From: Tubulanus polymorphus
Lineage: Eukaryota > Animalia > Nemertea
Length of the DNA: 64,000 bases
Assembly: GCF_964204645.1 (NCBI RefSeq)
Contig: NC_134027.1
Location: 10,758,485-10,822,484, forward strand
Direction: 5' to 3'
Shown: piece by piece, positions 1-12,500 of the stretch
Layout of the letters: each line of letters starts with the position of its first letter
Position numbering within the stretch: position 1 is the stretch's first letter
Notes under the pieces: generated by a model
The model's database searches: none
What the model was told of the DNA's origin: nothing
Seen by the model: only the letters and a program-made list of their open reading frames with translations
Program-made: the position numbers and the translations under genes

Positions 1-31
1 GGAAAATATTTACTTAACAATATATACCAAC

Positions 32-1965
32 CTGTTGTTTGCGATGGAGGTGGAGCGGTGGCATGTGTTTCCGGTAATGCATTTACTGGAACCGAATTGA
101 AATGTGTTAAGAAAAATTGCAGTGTATGTTAAGATATTATGCAGGAGTATGTAGATAAATTTTCATGTATTTACTCCTTTGTTTTTGTCCTAGAAAAATA
201 ATGTATAATTAAAAGAGCAATTAAGAAATAATCTAATCTAATCTAATAACAGACGTCGTAGTTTTCGCGCATTCTCAACAGACGAATCCACGCAAGGTCC
301 TGGAAGAAACGACTAAACCATATCAAAGGTCAGATCTGTGCGGAATGCTTCATTGGAACTTGAAAAAAATATTGACAGTTTCCGTATTTTTCAAAACGAA
401 CATTCTAAAACTTTTCAAATCATTCTTTTACATGGACGTACTAACGTTTACTCACCTATTGATAGCTTTACAGATTTTGTCAAATAAGAGCCGTCCATTT
501 TAAACGACTCTACATTTAAGAGCCGTATAGTTATCTGATAGACCTTTTTATTCAATTCGATTCGATGTTGCAGGGATAGGTTGTCAGTTGCATATGATGG
601 TTTAGAATGTAGGTAAAAATCCTCCCGGTAAAAATCCCAGACGATAAAAGTCCCCCCAGGTAAAAATCGCCCCGCTAAAAATAAAGGATTTTTACCGGGG
701 GGATATTAACCGAGGGGATTTTTGACCTGTTACCGATGGTTTAACTTTGGTTTTGCCCACCATCGCAACTGACTTTTCGGGTAACCAGCCGGAGATATCT
801 CGCATACATAAATAGTTCCACCGTCTATCGACAGCATGAGAACTGCCTTTTCGGGTTTGACTAATAATATGAATGATAAGATACCATTTCAGTTTTTGCT
901 AAGTTAAAAGTTGAGTCTCATTTGCTATACGAACCTTATGGACAAACCTTTTATTTGAAGTCGAATAGAACACGCTTGACTCAGGGGTCTATTACCGCTG
1001 GGAGGAGAAGCTTGGCACACGCAGTAGTACGTTGCAGCTTCCCCCAGTGTATACGTAATCTTGAATAAAGCATAACGTTAGTGGAATTCATGTCGCGAAC
1101 GTGCAATGATATTTTCGTTCAAGTACAATTATAGTGTATGCTAACGTTGAACTCAACTCGTAATGGCTTTCAAAGTCAAAACATTCGGCTACTTATACTC
1201 TCTAACGTACACATACGTAATCGATTAAATAAGGGGAAAGATTAGACAGCGTATTCTTGTTTTGTCGGTGAAATATCAAGTCAACGCAGGTGATAAAAAG
1301 TGACATCATCTACGATCACAAAAATCTAATGATAATGCAAGAATGTATGGGTAGCATCGACAACAAAAGAGTGATGTTTGCAGTTTTCTTGGGTGTATGA
1401 AAGCCTCTGCCTAGTGTAAGAGGCCACCATTACAGCCATTACGGAATAGCATACCATTAAAAGAGGGATACCGTATTAATGACGTGATATTCCAGCTTAA
1501 TATATACTAACAATTGAAACCATGTTCTAGTAAATGAAAATTAAAAAGTATTATCGCATTGTTGCAAATTTAGAAATGAATTTTACTAGAAATGAAAACT
1601 AGAGATTCACATGGTTTGAATAGTACAAAACCTGTCTAAATCCATCTATGGACCAATGAAACGTGATAAAACATGCATCACAAATAGTTTTTAAAAAAGA
1701 GAAAAAAAATGACCAAACGAAACCCGCGGACAAAAGTACCCTAACAAAAAGGCGGCTAGCAACTATAAGATAGTTCATTGTCTAATCATTTAAGAAAATA
1801 GTACATGGATGTAGCTAGCATAAGTTTGTTATGAGGTAAGCCTGTCTTGATTTGAAAACCCGCTTTTATACAACATCTCTTAGTGAAATCAAAATTACCT
1901 TCAGTCGCTGTACATGCGTAGCAATGAATTAACACAAGCAAAACACAAGTCCGAAATCCTGACAT
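32..1965 (-). pseudogene. Degraded immunoglobulin-superfamily gene (signal peptide, V-like Ig, C2-like Ig, Pro/Thr stalk), probably continuing off the left edge
   Basis: Exons all have phase-1 GT-AG boundaries. 1965-1899 encodes MSGFRTCVLLVLIHCYACTATE(G|gtaatt). ~1325-948 ends TLGEAATYYCVCQASPPSGNRPLSQACSIRLQIK|gtttgt (V-set DxAxYYC-like motif). 860-456 reads VKPEKAVLMLSIDGGTIYVCEISPAGYPKSQLRWW...SDNYTALKCRVV*NG...LTKSVKLSIG|gtgag. 85-32 reads NALPETHATAPPPSQTT. Both Ig exons carry stops and frameshifts; one carries a MITE. Confidence 0.65.
605..734. mobile_element. 130-bp MITE (Mutator-like by TSD length) inserted in the Ig exon
   Basis: 9-bp direct repeat gatggttta at 596-604 and 735-743; imperfect inverted ends (aggtaaaaatcc / ggatttttgacct); internal ggtaaaaatcc repeats. 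Confidence 0.7.
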
Positions 1966-3015
1966 TTTTCTCGTATATTCTCTGAGAATCCGGTAAGATT
2001 TTTTAGGCGCTGAACGTTTACGTATTGTATATTTACGAAATATTGTATACACAAGAATACACCTTCCGAAGAATGCATCAAAACTTCCACACGTCGTACT
2101 TAACACATTGTATCTTACATCAACCTTATAGTCCAATGACACTCACATATCCAGTGTTTTTTAACGTATATTGATTTTCTTCTGATAAACGGAAACGGTT
2201 ATTTCTAAGAATAATAAATTCCGTACTTTCACCGTCATATCCACAAAAGTTTTGCATTTGCTCGTATAGTTTGAGTGTACACTAAAATAAAACTGTGATT
2301 CAAGACAATCTGGTTATATGCTCGTGTGTTTACCGAGCCATTGTTTTCCTTGTCTGGATATAGATTTATCAAAAACGGAATTTCCCGAAGTCGACAATTC
2401 TATTGAAACCAGGAACTCTCCTGCAAAACATTTAGGCGTGTATGCGGAAGCTTTTCGAGTTGTTTCTTGAGAACACTCAATTCGAAATGATATTCATTTA
2501 TCGTATGCATAAAAACGCTTACTGGGACCTTCTTTCTAGCAGCCTTAGAGTTTAAATGCTTCTGCAAATCGCAATTCAATTTTTTCATTAAGCGCTTCTC
2601 TGAGGTGGCTGCGCATCGATTGCATGATTCTGTGACGCTTGCCAGTAGTTTGGAGGAAATAGGTTTGTCATTGCACCACCAAACCTTGATTTGTTGCCAA
2701 ACTCTCCGAATCAGTCACCGTTTATAGATGCACCATTTCTATTTCATATGTTTTGTTCGAGATGTTTAATTTGCTTTCATCGTTCATGTATTCATATTAA
2801 TAACATATTATTTATAAATTGGAAAATTATGAATATTACTTTCTTTCTTCGAGGAGTAAGCGAGAAATTTAGTTAATCGTGGACCATTGCACGCATATCC
2901 AGTGGGACGCACAAGCGTCATTTGATAGATAGGAATTTGGCGTAAGTAGAATAAAACAATAGGTTGCTTTCGACAGCGTAGAGAAAAGTGGAATTTGGCA
3001 GAGAGTAATGAACTA

Positions 3016-3202
3016 ATATTGGTGGCTGATTCAGGCCATATTTTCATGTTTCACTCTTTTGTTTTAACGCGGCGTTAAAACAAAAAATAAATCTGTTTTA
3101 ACAAACGTGGCGTTAGAACAAATAGTCAACAATTAAAACAAAATCATTGGTGGATATTGAGGTTGTATCTTTTTCTAAATATGGTCCGAATCAGCCACAT
3201 AT
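3016..3202. mobile_element. Short MITE-like inverted-repeat element
   Basis: Ends atattggtggctgattcaggccatattt / aaatatggtccgaatcagccacatat; internal near-palindrome ttttgttttaacgcggcgttaaaacaaaa. Confidence 0.5.
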
Positions 3203-4476
3203 CTGCATAGAGCGGAAAATGGAAATTAAACGTGATTTTTGTCACAATTATCACGCGAATTCAAAACAATGAAATTATCGATAAACGCTTAACAAACGAA
3301 ACACTTCTGAAATCTACAGTTATCGGTAAAATCATGAAACGTAATCTGCTTTGCTCATTAATTATGAACGAACAGAGAACGCTTATTTTACTGAACCAGC
3401 TGTAACATCATTTTTCAGTTCAGCGATGATTTTCCAATAGCAGGTATTGTGAAATATATTTCTGACATGGGTATAAAACCGAAGTATGCAGCTTGCAGGT
3501 GCATGGTCGTCCGAAAACATGCCGGGTTAAATGGTAGGTATATATTATCATGTATATCATCAGCTGACTTTCTAAACAGCAAATTGTTAAATTACATGTA
3601 TTTCAATTAATAGAATCATGGAATTAAGGTATTTCGAAATATTTGGTTGCATGCAAAACACGAGAAACGATATAACGAGATTGATTTACAGCCACGGTGG
3701 TCGTTTAGTGTAAACATCATTGAATCAACCACAAAACTCATGTGAATCCACTTCAACATCTAAATATGAATTCTAATGTCATTATTTATCGATTCAATTC
3801 ACGACGTATGATTTATGTTTGCGGTAATACCAGGCCAATATGAGTCCAATAAATTGTAATGAACGTGTTCAATATTGTGTCATTTTACACAAATAGTGAT
3901 ATCATACTTTTGTCGTATCACTGGTCATTATCACCGGTCATACGCCCGGTTTAGCTGGTTCGAATGGGATTGAAAGACGCACACCCCTAGAAGGCAGGTC
4001 CACATTCAATCCGACGAACGCTGTCGCGTCGAAATGGCAAACCGTGAAAAAGCCTTTTACGACGAGATTTCGCATTTCCCATACCAAAACATTAAAATGA
4101 AACAGACATTCTTTCGTGCATTGAAATCTGTTACGTCGTACATTATGTTATTGAATACCTTTTCTAAAAGCCGTGGCGCCTGCCGAATATAGCTATTCTA
4201 CGCATTGTTCTCACGACAGATTAATCATTACCGAATAACTTTTTAGACGTATCACAAATCATAGTTTATGACGCTCACTTTGTTGAGTAAAGATGTGTAC
4301 TAGTAATTTGAATATGTCTCTTGCATTGTAGGTCAGCAACATGAATAGTTCTTCAAGTTGTGCTTCAGGCGTCGATAGTTGTGCGTGAATAAAAACGAAT
4401 AGTGGATATAGATGGCAAAATATTCTCGAAAAAAAACGAGAATACTTTCCTTAACTTTCGTCGAATCCTTATCGAA

Positions 4477-5441
4477 ATGTACGCATCATTTTACCGCGTA
4501 TTACTATTGTTGGTTTATTTCGCAAATGGCGCTATGAGTCAATGTCCGAGGCAATGTAGATGTAATATGGTCTTAACTTGGATCGATTGTCGTGACTCAA
4601 GAATACTTAACATTTCTTCCAATTGGAGCATTTTTCGGACGGCAACATACTTGGATTTATCTCAGAATTTGATTTCGGATATTCGAGAATTCCCTCGCAA
4701 TAAACTAGTCCACTTGGTGTTATTCAACAACTCTATTTCGACAATTGGCAATGGCTCGATGAAAAATGCCTCAAATTTGATGAATCTAAATCTTGGATAT
4801 AACGACATCAGTACGCTGAATCGGGATGGTTTCGTCGGTTTATGGCAGCTGAAAATCTTAAGTTTAACGCATAACAAATTAAAAACTATCAGACAAATTG
4901 ACCTTCATCACCTCGTACGTTTGGAAGATTTGGATCTGTCTCATAATATGATTAAATTCATCACTGAGCGTGCATTCATAAGGCTGCCTGAACTATCGAT
5001 GCTGAACGTGTCTCACAACTATATTCATCGCCTTCATGATGATTGGTTCAACGAAAAATCGAATTTGAAAATGTTCAACATTTCGCATAATAAAATCGAT
5101 ACTTTGATCGGTCGACCGTTTCGTAATTTGCATAACTTGACGTCACTTGACCTGCGCTGCAATCACATCAACGGAATAACTAGAGACACGTTTGCGAAAC
5201 AACGTCGCCTAGAGAACGTATATCTGCAGCATAATCGAATTTACAGCATCGAAGAAAATTCGTTCAATTCGTCATGGAAGCAATTATCAATAGTGGACGT
5301 TAGCGATAACTTGTTATCATTCCTACCGAAGAGGTTGTTACCGTGGTCCCGTTTAGACTACCTTAACTTGACCAATAATACCTGGACTTGCGACTGCGAC
5401 GTGCTGTGGATGAAAGATCTTCCATCAACTGCTTATCTCGT
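4477..5441 (+). CDS. LRR single-pass transmembrane protein, coding exon 1 (signal peptide, LRRNT, ~11 LRRs, start of LRRCT)
   Basis: ATG at 4477 gives the signal peptide MYASFYRVLLLLVYFANGAMS; LRRNT CPRQCRC..IDC; repeated LxxLxLxxNxI motifs; NNTWTCDC; phase-2 donor GT|gtaagc after 5441. Confidence 0.9.
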
Positions 5442-5490
5442 GTAAGCGCATTTTATTTGCTTATTGCACATCAGTTACTATCACATCAAT

Positions 5491-5797
5491 GCGAGCGGCG
5501 TTGGTGAGTGGTCAGAGCATTCGAATAGGAAGCCAGGTCGTGGGTCCGAGCCCCGTACAAAATTGTAGTGTCCCCGGGCAAGATAATTTTCCTCATTGCC
5601 TCCTTTTCACCCGGGATTAAATGGGTACGTGGTCTGAAAGATGACTCCTGAGCGGCTAGCAGCTGTTCGGATGGTACTTCTCCCAGAAATGACTGGAATA
5701 TATATGGTTAGGGTTATAGGCTGGGTTGGGGGTAATAAGCGCTGTCCTCCAATGTATCACAGTCAAAAGGCGTTATTAAATTCAAATTAGTATTATT
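5491..5797 (+). mobile_element. tRNA-derived SINE with CORE-like body and L2-like tail, in the LRR gene intron
   Basis: A-box-like tggtgagtggt and B-box-like gggtccgagccc; gtgtccccgggcaag...ttgcctcc...aaatgggtac resembles the CORE domain; tail aggcgttattaaat...tattatt. Confidence 0.6.
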
Positions 5798-6124
5798 GCA
5801 AGCTTCCGAGATCAGTTTCGGTGGGTGACGGCCAATGATAAATGATTCTCATTTAGCTACAGAGAAATAAAATCAGAGAAGTTGTATAGGAAATGGCCTT
5901 CATTCCAATTCCAAGAACTGTTAAGCGATGGAAACCTTGCGCTTTGCAAACCAGACTACCTGTCAACGAAAATAAGAGTAGTTTGAAATCGATTGAAAAC
6001 GAACTAGAAATTATTCTGATTTTGAGGGTAATTCGATACAACTGTTGTCAAATAGAAGTGTCCGAGAGTTTCCAATTAAAATTCAGATTAAAATGGCTAA
6101 TTTCCAAATTATTGTTCATTTCAG

Positions 6125-6392
6125 TTGCTCCGCTCCGCGATATTTACGAGGTGTGCTTATCGTCGATGTTGAGAAACATTTGTATTGTTCGTCAATTGCC
6201 AGTTGGGTTCTGCTCGGAACACTCGTCCCGGTCAGCCTGATATTCGTTATCAGTACCGGCGCGATAGCACGTAGATACAAATGCCATCGGAAGCGGCGCG
6301 AAAATGCCAGTTCTTCGGTGAAATACGAGCAATACAGAAACGAAGGCGAGCAGACTGATTTCTTATTTTTACGTTCGTCTGCGATATTGTAA
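6125..6392 (+). CDS. LRR transmembrane protein, coding exon 2 (LRRCT end, TM helix, short cytoplasmic tail); full protein ~410 aa
   Basis: Acceptor tcatttcag at 6124 is phase-compatible. CSAPRYLRG...LYC completes the LRRCT, followed by hydrophobic WVLLGTLVPVSLIFVISTGAIA, a basic RRYKCHRKRR stretch and the stop at 6392. Confidence 0.85.
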
Positions 6393-6456
6393 AAAGAATC
6401 CGATGTTGAAAAAAATATTTACTGAATAAAAAAACAAATAAGCCATACGATTTTTT

Positions 6457-6675
6457 CTAAGTCGAAATTTCGACGTTTTAAACTCGAAATTTTGGAATTT
6501 CGGAATTTCGGATATAAAGTCAACATTCCGAGATACCAAGTGAAAAGGTCGAGTTACTAAGTCAAAATGCGACTTAGTTGGTTAGTAAATCGAAATTTCG
6601 AGTTCAAAAGTCGAAATTAAGACTTTGTATAGATAACTAAGTCAAAATTTAAAGTAACTAAAGCCGAATTTTGAA
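6457..6675. repeat. Short degenerate tandem repeat (aagtcgaaatttcga-like units)
   Basis: About ten variants of (aa)gtcgaaatttcgag in succession. Confidence 0.55.
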
Positions 6676-7759
6676 AAAAAACATATGGCCACTATGCTCT
6701 TCCGTACATATATACATGTAAATGATTTTTTTGAATGTAGGTAAAGATGAAATGTCGCGGGAAAAACCGATTTTTTTATTGCCCACCTATAGAAATCGAA
6801 TCGTGATATTATAATGGTATAATGATTTATAATAGATTCCTTCTTCAAACTGTATTTGTATCTTATCTTTACTGTCGATAAATACAAATATACACTGTAT
6901 ATCCTATAACTAGGAACCAGGAACCTGTTTTTTGCTCTGTGCAAATGTAATTTCTTTGTGGCGCAAACAATGTTATCGTAATTGAAAATTAATGGTTGGC
7001 TAATATCTTAAATGAGCAAATAGTTATTTGTGTTACATGTATATAGTGTAAAAAAAAACAAACGAAGTACATTCAAAACTCGTTTTAAGTTATTATGGGA
7101 TAAGTCGTCAGTACAGAAATCGTCTTTTATTTTGAGTCCAATTTATATTTCCAATTCATCTATTGTGCAACTTCCAAGCTGTAAATGATATGCTGGTGCA
7201 GTTGTTTTTGCGAGAAAATTCACTGCATTGAAATGTAGTTTCCAAGCAATAAAGATGAAATCCTGAAGAATGGTGTATGTGTCTTTTTGTTGAAAATCAT
7301 CTGCCTCATTTTCTAAAAACTCGCTTTTTTATTTTTCCAATATTTTACCGGCTTAAAGAAGGACGAAAATCAATGTAGCAAACGGAAAACTTTCATTTTA
7401 CCGAATTGAACGGATTATCGGAGACTACTGTATCTATCAGATCTATTGTATGAATGAAGATATTTTTTGATTTAGACTTCTTATTCGTATATATATGTAT
7501 CTCTAATTTCTAATATTTCTAATGTATGTGTATCTAAGCGCAGGTTAAGCCTTGTAGATCATCGATGGTCAGTTATTGTGTAAATGTAGGTTATACATTA
7601 TATATATTTTGTATCAAAATCGAATATTTCGTATCTATCCAAAAGAATATGTCCCTCATTTTCTGATATGTATTTTTCGTTCGGATGGTGTGTCGTCAGA
7701 ACCAGTCACCAATCGGGTCCGGCTCTATGAGCGAAACTTGACATGACCAAACTCCAGAT

Positions 7760-7975
7760 TCCGGTTTAATAAACTGGTATCAACTCTAGCCCGGGTTGCT
7801 AACTCAATTCATTTTCAGTAAAGTTGACCCCCGGGTTAAGGTTAATATACCAGTCTATAAAGCTGGCCTCAGGACCCAGTTCCACAGTTGTGAGTTAACA
7901 TGAGTTAAAGTTAGTTCATTTTCAGCGATTTAACCCAGAGTTAAATCTTAACTCGGTAGTGTGGAACTGGACCCA
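7760..7975. mobile_element. Two adjacent short palindromic MITEs
   Basis: ccggtttaataaactggtat...ataccagtctataaagctgg (a related copy lies at ~55537-55647) and cccagttccaca...tgtggaactggaccc. Confidence 0.5.
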
Positions 7976-9093
7976 GGATTCTTTTTAGCCTCTCGGTTTG
8001 CGCAGGTCAGACCAACCGATCGACGATACCCAGAACGCCAGGCCGCATAACATCTTTAAGCCACGTGGGTCTATGGGCACAATCAGACGTAGCCCCACAG
8101 TAATTGGTGGTCAGGTATAATCAGCTACGATACCCACCCCCAACGTCAGCCTCAATAAGCTAGGCCTAAGTAATAACAGATCGACTTTTACGAAATGTGA
8201 GTGATTTTCTGACGAAGAAGACATGATTCAACCGTGAACTACTCTAAAACGAAGTTTAGAGTTTTAGATGATTCAACTAATGACATGTGGCAGCTGACTG
8301 TTGACACGACGTGAACGTGCAAACGAAATCAAAGCCTCATATTCTATAGCTTTTATTTAGCGAATTTCATCTAAATTGGGGCGTGGTCCATGCCAATGGA
8401 TTCAGTAACGACGTCGTATATTTACAAGATCCCAATGAAACCTTACGGGCGCCGATTTACTATGTTTCTACGTCTTGTATTTGGTTTGGCCTCATTACGC
8501 AAGCATCCTGGGGACACAAGAAAAAAAATAGATATCTGATTTATGCATTGATAAGAAATTCGATGTATTTTTTGATCAGATATAATTCGTAAGAAACTGG
8601 ATTAATTTTTCCCATTTCCAGCACGAAATGTACGTCTCGTCAGTAAATCAAAATCGTCATCAGATTGTATGAATTACGTAAGAAAAGGCCGGAATTCAAG
8701 TGTTTTTTTATGAGATTTAGAATTTACGAAAATCGATTTAGTGAATAAAATGATTTTTTCCCATTTACTTATAACTACCAATTTTCTTATTAAATCATTC
8801 CAAAGCGTGAAACCACTGCCGGTAGGGGGATCTTATCGAATTAAAATAATTCTTTTTATTTTCGAATTATGAAGCGGGTGTAGTTAAACACTATTAAGTG
8901 TTATTGTTTTTTTAAATGTTTATATAATTATTTTGTCATCGCTTTTTCAATAAATTTGGTATTTCGTCCTTTTTTCTCATCTTTTCTAATAAAAAATCAG
9001 GCCTTGAATATCATATTACTCGAAGGAAAATAAAGATTTTTGGAATGGAATTGAATTATGTCTATATCGGAAATATAGTTATTTATTGCTTTG

Positions 9094-9202
9094 TGACGTC
9101 AATTTGTGTTTTATCGGTGGTTTGTTGTTATTGTTTACATCTGACGTCATCGATAACTCATCTCGAGTGGTTTAAATCGGAATCAGCCGCGGTTAACTCC
9201 GC
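9094..9202 (+). promoter_or_regulatory. TSR1 upstream promoter region with two CRE palindromes
   Basis: TGACGTCA at 9094-9101 and 9142-9149, plus ccgcggttaactccgcgg, ~230-330 bp upstream of the TSR1 ATG. Function is inferred from position only. Confidence 0.4.
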
Positions 9203-9428
9203 GGCCTTTTCCTTCAAATTGAATTCAATCAAATTTTGATTATTCACTTTATCGAATCAAACCTGTGACCTGTTGAACTGATTTTGTTTCATATATTAGT
9301 CGACAACAGGCATTATATGATAAACCCGGTTCCTTTGGGGACTGGTAAAACGTGAGCGAAAGAAATAGTCGCCCCGAAAAATAACAAACCCGACGCTGCA
9401 TCATCCGAATGAACCATCCGTTACAGCA

Positions 9429-9540
9429 ATGGCGGATTCTGGAAATGTAGCCCATCGGGCCGGCGCGTTCAAACAACAAAATAAAACCCATAAACATGGC
9501 AAACACCGCAGCAAAGGCATGCTCGAAAAGGGAAGGAAGG
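9429..9540 (+). CDS. TSR1: TSR1 exon 1
   Basis: MADSGNVAHRAGAFKQQNKTHKHGKHRSKG...; donor G|gtcagt. Confidence 0.9.
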
Positions 9541-12500
9541 GTCAGTTCCTAGAGCGGTGGTCGGGGGTCACAAACTCCTGAACCGGCTTTGAAACGGTGT
9601 AATTTAAATCAAATCGACGCAATTGTGTCGTGCTATTTAGCGAACTCAAACGATAGATAATAAATTTTTGTTCGGGCCTTCTCTTTTACGCGTGTGAATT
9701 TTCACATTTACTCGTTGTTTTTTATTACTCTGGTTAATAGTCGTGTCTATCTTTCTCATTCAGGAAAAATTGGATTTAAATCGTTATCCAAGCGGCCTAA
9801 ACATATTTTGACCAAACAAGATCGAAAAAATCAGGTAGAGATGTAGTTACCAGGTTACCTAAAATAGTAATTGTTGGTAGTAAGCTTTTTAGCCCACTTG
9901 GGACTTATGTCCCAGCGGGCTATTGCGTTCACTTTTCGTCCGTCCGTCCGTAGACGGAATCCAGTTATTTGGGAAGTTTTGAAGACCTTTCAAGGTAATG
10001 TCTTGATATTTGGTTTATACATGTATGTATCTACCCTAGACATATCTTAAGCCCAAAAACTGGCCCTGTCAGAATCAAGATGGCCAACTGGCAGCCATTG
10101 TTGTTCGCTAAAATCAGCACTTGTTACACGTTTTTGAACTTTTTGGGGGAAATTTTGAAGACGCCTTGATCAATTACCTTGATCTTTCATGTACATTTGA
10201 ATAACAAAAATTGGGTCGATCAGACTCAAGATGGTCATCCTATGGCCTTTTTGGTGGCCAAAAATGTCAATTTTGGCCCGAATTCTGAGTCCTGTAGCTT
10301 CCTACTGGTTTGCAATTTCTCATTGCAATTGCTGATGGGTATTCTTTGGAAAGGGATATTTCATACCTGAGACAGGTATTTTTGATCAGCCAATTATGAC
10401 GCAATTGGCGGCCATCTTGGTGTCAGTACTCCTTCTTAGGTGGGAAAAAGTTTTTCGACATTATATCGATACCTAAGCATATTTTCTTACGTTCTTCTTA
10501 TGTTAATCCAAATTTATTAGGAATGAAGTCGAAGTAAATATTTTGCAAATGCAACATTTTTCGTGTAAACGCTACTTTGCCAATGGCTTTTATATATAAT
10601 AAGATAAATAAGTAAAAATAATGATCAAATCATGGTATTAGGTTTTAGGTTAGGATTTTGATAGGGTTAGGGAATAGGGTTACGGTCTAAAGGGTCCAGA
10701 ACAGAAGTTAGGGTTTAAAGGTCTAGGGTCTGTTTTACTAGAGATGGAGTTAGGTTAAGGTTGAGTGTTTGTATGTAGTCTGAATACCTGACATCGTTAC
10801 GGTCCCCTACAACGTTGTTTGAGGAACAACGGCTAGATACTACACTAGCTTATAGGCCTATGTAATTAAAACTTTCAGAGTGATTCCATGAGCCGGTGGT
10901 CGATGCATGCCATATGCTGGCCCAGGTTCAAAAACTGCTCTGCTCTTTATTCTCAAACTCTCCACTTTCCTGGAAGCTGAGCCCCCAGCAGACATGGCTA
11001 TGCATAGTGTAAATTAGCCAATCAGCACAAGCCATTGGCAAAATAGCATTTACAGGAATAATGCCGCCTTGGCAAAATATCACATGCCATTTTACTAATC
11101 TGTTTTTAGGAAGACAGTGGATATCGAGCTTACTCTGATTTATCCTGGTTAATGTTGTAATGCCAATAACTCATTCTGATGGCTGATTCACAATGCGCAT
11201 AGATGACTTTCCGAAAAAGAGAAAATCAAATAGAAAATTCTGTATGCCTATTTGAACCCGAGCTAGCACATCGCTTACGCAACCCTTTCCTTCTTCTCAC
11301 ATGTGGGATTTCTGGTCTCAGTAGTTGACAGATTTTAGTTACAGATTTAGTTTATGTAATCACGGGTCTGATTAGATTTGATTATGAGCTATGCTTGTGC
11401 ACTGGTAGGGTGTCTTATTGTAAATTAGGTGTAAGTAATTGATTTTGATAATTATGATATTCGGATGACCCGGGCAATGACTAGGTGTGTTTGATTGGGT
11501 TGACTGAGCTGACTAGTTGTCTCAATTCCCTGTTCGATTGATGAACTCAGGTCACCTCGGTCTAGAGTGATTTAGCCCTTTCTGAAGGTTGGTCGGGCAG
11601 ACCGAACCAGTCAACTCGGTCGTTCAACTGTGCACACCTATTAATGAGCCCCCAAACCTCTACTTTAAGACCTAAAACTCCTTACTTTAAGACCTAAAAC
11701 TCCTAACCATCCTAATCCTAATCATGAAAATGCAATTGTTATTTTCATCAGTATATATAATGTAGAGGGGTGACATAATGATTCCGCATCGGCATAATAT
11801 CCACTGTCTCAATTAGCCCACTTGAGACTACGTCCCATTGGGCTATTCGTTCACTTTTCCTCTGTATCCATCCATATAACATAATCCAGTTATTTTGGCA
11901 TGTCTTGAAGATGCTTCAATGAAGTGTCTTGATATTTCGTTCTTTTATCTGCCTCAGACAGATATGCAGCCCAAAAACTGGCCTGATCAGTTCAAGATGT
12001 TCACTGAAATCTGCGCTTGCTATGAATTTTTGAAATTTTTAAGGGAGAATTTGTAAAAGTGTCTTATTTATAAAATTGTTTTGCTTACCATTTTTCATGA
12101 AGTTGCACCAAGAAAGAAAACGAAAACGCGAAGAAGTTTTGGCTAAAAAACGTAATCGTGGAAGTGCTAATACTCCTCCTCATTTAGTGGTAGGTTATTA
12201 CTGCAGTTCCTTTCGGATCTGGATGCAGAAGCAGATCTGATCAAGTGTCAATGGAAATGTGAACTTTTCCAGCAAATCTCCATTCCTTAACCAGAGTTGC
12301 CACTTCTGCGGATTTCTCCGGAATTCCGGATTTAAAAAAAATCCAATTTCATTTCCGGATTTTCGGGAGAAGTCAAATAACCACAAAAGAAAACATCGCG
12401 AAAAAAATAAAATCAATTCGGGATACGACCCTAAACATCAAAACGTAACGGCTCCGTAGAGGGTTCAAAAAAGCCGTATTGTGCTACCACGTAGTGGCAA

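Noticed and set aside
1786-2142. 118-aa ORF as a stand-alone secreted Cys-containing peptide
   Set aside because: A good donor (GAAG|gtaatt) follows the signal peptide, so the rest reads as intron; it is better explained as exon 1 of the Ig pseudogene.
4402-4476. ORF-track N-terminal extension of the LRR protein
   Set aside because: It begins at GTG; ATG 4477 directly precedes the signal peptide.
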